The position numbers were made by a program, and so were the translations under genes. A stretch of 49,588 nucleotides of DNA, filler included, from Perkinsus olseni (Eukaryota), in assembly GCA_013115125.1 (NCBI GenBank). It is 2 parts of 2 records of this genome, joined end to end, with 100 filler letters (N's around TTAATTAATTAA, not from the genome) between each part and the next. Parts side by side here need not be neighbours in the genome. Positions count along the whole stretch, not along the records: positions 24,867 to 49,588 come from JABANN010000506.1; 1 more part is not named here. One strand, written 5' to 3'. Below the pieces are notes generated by a model. It was not told where the DNA came from and did not search any database. It saw only the letters and a list, made by a program, of their open reading frames with translations. Shown here one piece after another: positions 46,801 through 49,588 of this stretch; the stretch's first letter is position 1, and each line of letters opens with the position of its first letter.

Positions 46801-49490
46801 AAAGAGAGAGGGGCCCGGGTACTGACTACTCAGGTTGTCAGTCAACCCGAGTACTGTGAAAGTTGATGGTGGGGGTGGGGGACCCCCGCCATCAACTTCA
46901 CAGCGGAGCTCACCTTCCCGCACGTGTTGACTTTAACGTCGCCTTCCGACCTTCAAAGATGCAACGAAGCTGCTCACCTTGGTCTTTTTGATGAGTTGTA
47001 TGAGCGCCGCTCCGCCTCCTCTGTCGCCGCCCGACATGCCGTCAACTTCATCCATGACCAAGCATGATTTCCTGAACGCGCGCGAAACTACCAAGAAATT
47101 TCCAAGTGACCGCCTTACTGCTTCAGAGAGTAGTTTTTCCCTATCACTGCATTAGTAGCTAGCCCCGACGCCAGGTTGTCCACAGTCGCTTTGTTACGCT
47201 GGTCAGAGGCATTGAACTCCATAGGAATCTAATGTTGGAGCTAGTCGATCACGAGTCGAAAGATGCCCTGCTGAGATACATATCCAAGCTCCTGAGCAAC
47301 GAGCCTGCAGGCGGTGGTCTTCCCAATTCCGGGTGGACCGGACACGAGGACGGCCTTCGCGTTAACATTCTCGGGCACCTGGCAGCATCTAATGATCCTC
47401 AACGGTATCGACGTGCTGCTGTTTTTCCACAGAACGCTTTGCGCTTGCGAGGGCGAAAGTGAAGCCCAGCCCGTCCTCTGGCTCAAGCTGGAACAACAAA
47501 GTCGGGTAGTGGATTCAACGGCACTAGCGAAGAGGGCTTTCGACTTCTGCACAGTAAAGCTCATGAAGATGGCACTGCCGGACACTCCGGTTACTTCCGT
47601 GCCAAAAATGAGAACCCTAGTAGCAACTCACCCCTCGCCCCCGGAACGTCACTGGCTTCTTCTGTCCATGCACGTGTACCTGCACAAACAAACGATCCTG
47701 CAGGAAGCTAATCCCAGCAAGCAGCCTATCACCTTCTCCCAATCTTGCAACCATGTCCGGAGTTTCGTTATCGGTGCGTTATTCCCTACCAAATCCTTCA
47801 GAGTGCGGGGCTTATATCTGACCGCCATCCGAAGGATTTCAAAAGCTGCCACCGTATCAAAGACGCGGAGGTCACTTGTCCGTCCACAAGATGCCTTTAA
47901 CGTCCCCTTTGCTGGTGTTGTCCTTTCCCGATGTTGCCGGCTTGACAGGGTCGATGGTGACCTTGGTTTGTTCCTGAAGGGCGAAGACAGTAAGCAGCCT
48001 GAGGATTCTGGGAACCGAAAAATATCTTATTTTCCGTCAATCACAAGAGCCGACCTGCCGAAGGCCCTATCAACTCATCTATGACTCATAAAGTTCATAG
48101 AATTCACCGTTTTCAAACGACCCCGCGAGAATTCCTCTCGGACAATTTTTCTCAACGGGCGATAGTCTTACTCGCTCTCTTTCTCTCTACAGTGAATGCC
48201 CCTCCCGTTGCTAAGTCAAACCCCCGTCCTACAATCGCACCGCCAGCCTTCATCAACCCCGCCTTCTGAAGCTTTTCGATAAATTCACTCTCCTGCAACA
48301 AACTAGGACCCGGCTTCCCTGCTGCTTTCAACTCCTGGGTTTTTCTGAATCTGAAAGGCAACAAAAATAATCGAGAAACCATCCGAGAAATTCCCCAAGA
48401 AAACTATCGCCGTCACCCGACTGAGCGGGCATCCGCGATAAGTTCGTCCCATGTGTCCCTACTTGGAGCCTTCCTCTATCGGTCGGCCGTCCTCTAAGAC
48501 CGAGCCAACAACAAGATACGTGGTACCTGCAGTAGAGAAGAATGGAAGGGGAGGAACATAGTAATCGAGAATTTTACGTCCTGAGACGGCCGAGGTGACC
48601 TTCGCACCGGCAAGCTTCGCCTTGGTGACAGCCACATCGCGCTGAGGTCATAACACGACAACGGCATCGCTAGGTCCCGATAGCCGACGGATTCGGTGAC
48701 AGGTCAGCTCCCCTCAATTAAGTGGCCTCAGGATCCGACGGAGTCCCACTCGTTGACGGGAGCCATGGTTCTTTTGCAGTGTGCGTAATGCAATGACCGA
48801 CAGACACGAAATAGGTTCAGGAGGCGAAAAGCATGAGAATGATCGCGGTACCGGAAGAAACGTTTTGTGATTTACGGTGAAACTACTCCGGCGAGGCGGC
48901 GAGTGAGAATTTGCTCATCAAAATGTCTCTGATTTTGAAGACTTCAACGATTTCTCACGCTTCAAACGATAACCACCGCAGACAGAGGTAACTCGATAAC
49001 AGAAGCGGTGTATCCATCGCTGAGCTCACCTCCAGCTGCTCCAAGTTGCCGGTGAAAACCAGGGTCATGCCACTAAAAGGTTTGTCGTTCGTCACGGCCG
49101 GCGGAGGAGACTTCGTCGTCGATTTACGAGGCTTCGGTGAAGCTCCTGACAACCGCAAACATCGCTCTCTAAAGCACACACGCCGTGGACGAGTTTGACT
49201 TGCTCATCATAAAAAAAGGGACCCGTCTCCCACCTTTCTTTGCCTTCGATGTTGACGGTGATTTAGGCTGCGGGCTTCTATGCTGCTTCCGTGCCTTCGC
49301 CGCAGACTTCGGTGGAGTATCCGGGGCGCTCTTCGGCGAGTCTGAGTTGGACCGATTCGAGAGGACAACGCCCCAGCAGAGCGATCTCACGCTTCCTCTT
49401 CTTCGTCGACTTTGGTGGTGCTGAGCCTTCGTCGGAGCTACTCCCCAGAGATATCGCATTAGCAGCCTTCGCACTACCTGCCGTCAACAC
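43831..49490 (-). CDS. RFC1: Replication factor C subunit 1, multi-exon, probably 5'-partial (start at or beyond the window edge)
   Basis: BRCT domain (FSGMTLVFTGNLE, AGAKVTSAVS); YKPRTLKDLVGN; Walker A GPPGIGKTT; EFNASD; Walker B MDEVDGMSGGDRGG; PVICICNDR; RFC1 C-terminal DYDLIPLLMQQNY, FPQWLGANS, DAKTKSALTR. Confidence 0.95.
45258..45439. repeat. 26-bp minisatellite, about 7 copies, inside an RFC1 intron
   Basis: Consensus GTCGAAGCGTGGAAGATACGGTGGAG, with variants ending GCTAAT. Confidence 0.9.
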
Positions 49491-49514
49491 CAGTGAAATC
49501 CAGTCAGAAGTCTT

Positions 49515-49525
49515 GCAGCAGCAGC

Positions 49526-49587
<62 letters not shown>

Positions 49588-49588
49588 C
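49515..49588. repeat. (CAG)n(CAA)n microsatellite
   Basis: Read directly; runs to the window end. Confidence 0.95.

Noticed and set aside
47470-47487. Spliced-leader-like CCGT..TCTGGCTCAAG
   Set aside because: Only ~11 nt match contiguously, it is antisense within an RFC1 intron, and no SL RNA or retrogene context follows; probably chance.
47314-48084. 256-aa + strand ORF
   Set aside because: Antisense to RFC1 exons and introns, with no recognisable domain.

Overview
Eukaryotic genomic DNA with many short GT-AG introns. Gene style suggests a Perkinsus-like alveolate protist, but this is inference and not verified. Left part (1-24.7 kb): the 3' end of an LTR retrotransposon pol gene, then intron-rich genes (sphingomyelin/IPC synthase-like, protein kinase, TFIIS-N domain protein, Ariadne RBR E3 ligase, ERD2 KDEL receptor, GPR180/TMEM145-like receptor, an orphan) and an intronless phospholipase B-like gene. 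A 100-bp artificial N-linker follows. Right part (25-43 kb) is an accessory region. Two intronless paralogous secreted permuted papain-like (NlpC/P60) genes bracket a trio of cytochrome P450, membrane-anchored UbiG-like methyltransferase and UbiA prenyltransferase, a candidate prenyl-metabolite biosynthetic cluster. Hairpin-rich MITE-like elements, decayed remnants and orphan secreted proteins follow. The window ends in RFC1, which runs off the right edge. Exon boundaries were read by eye and some gene ends are approximate.
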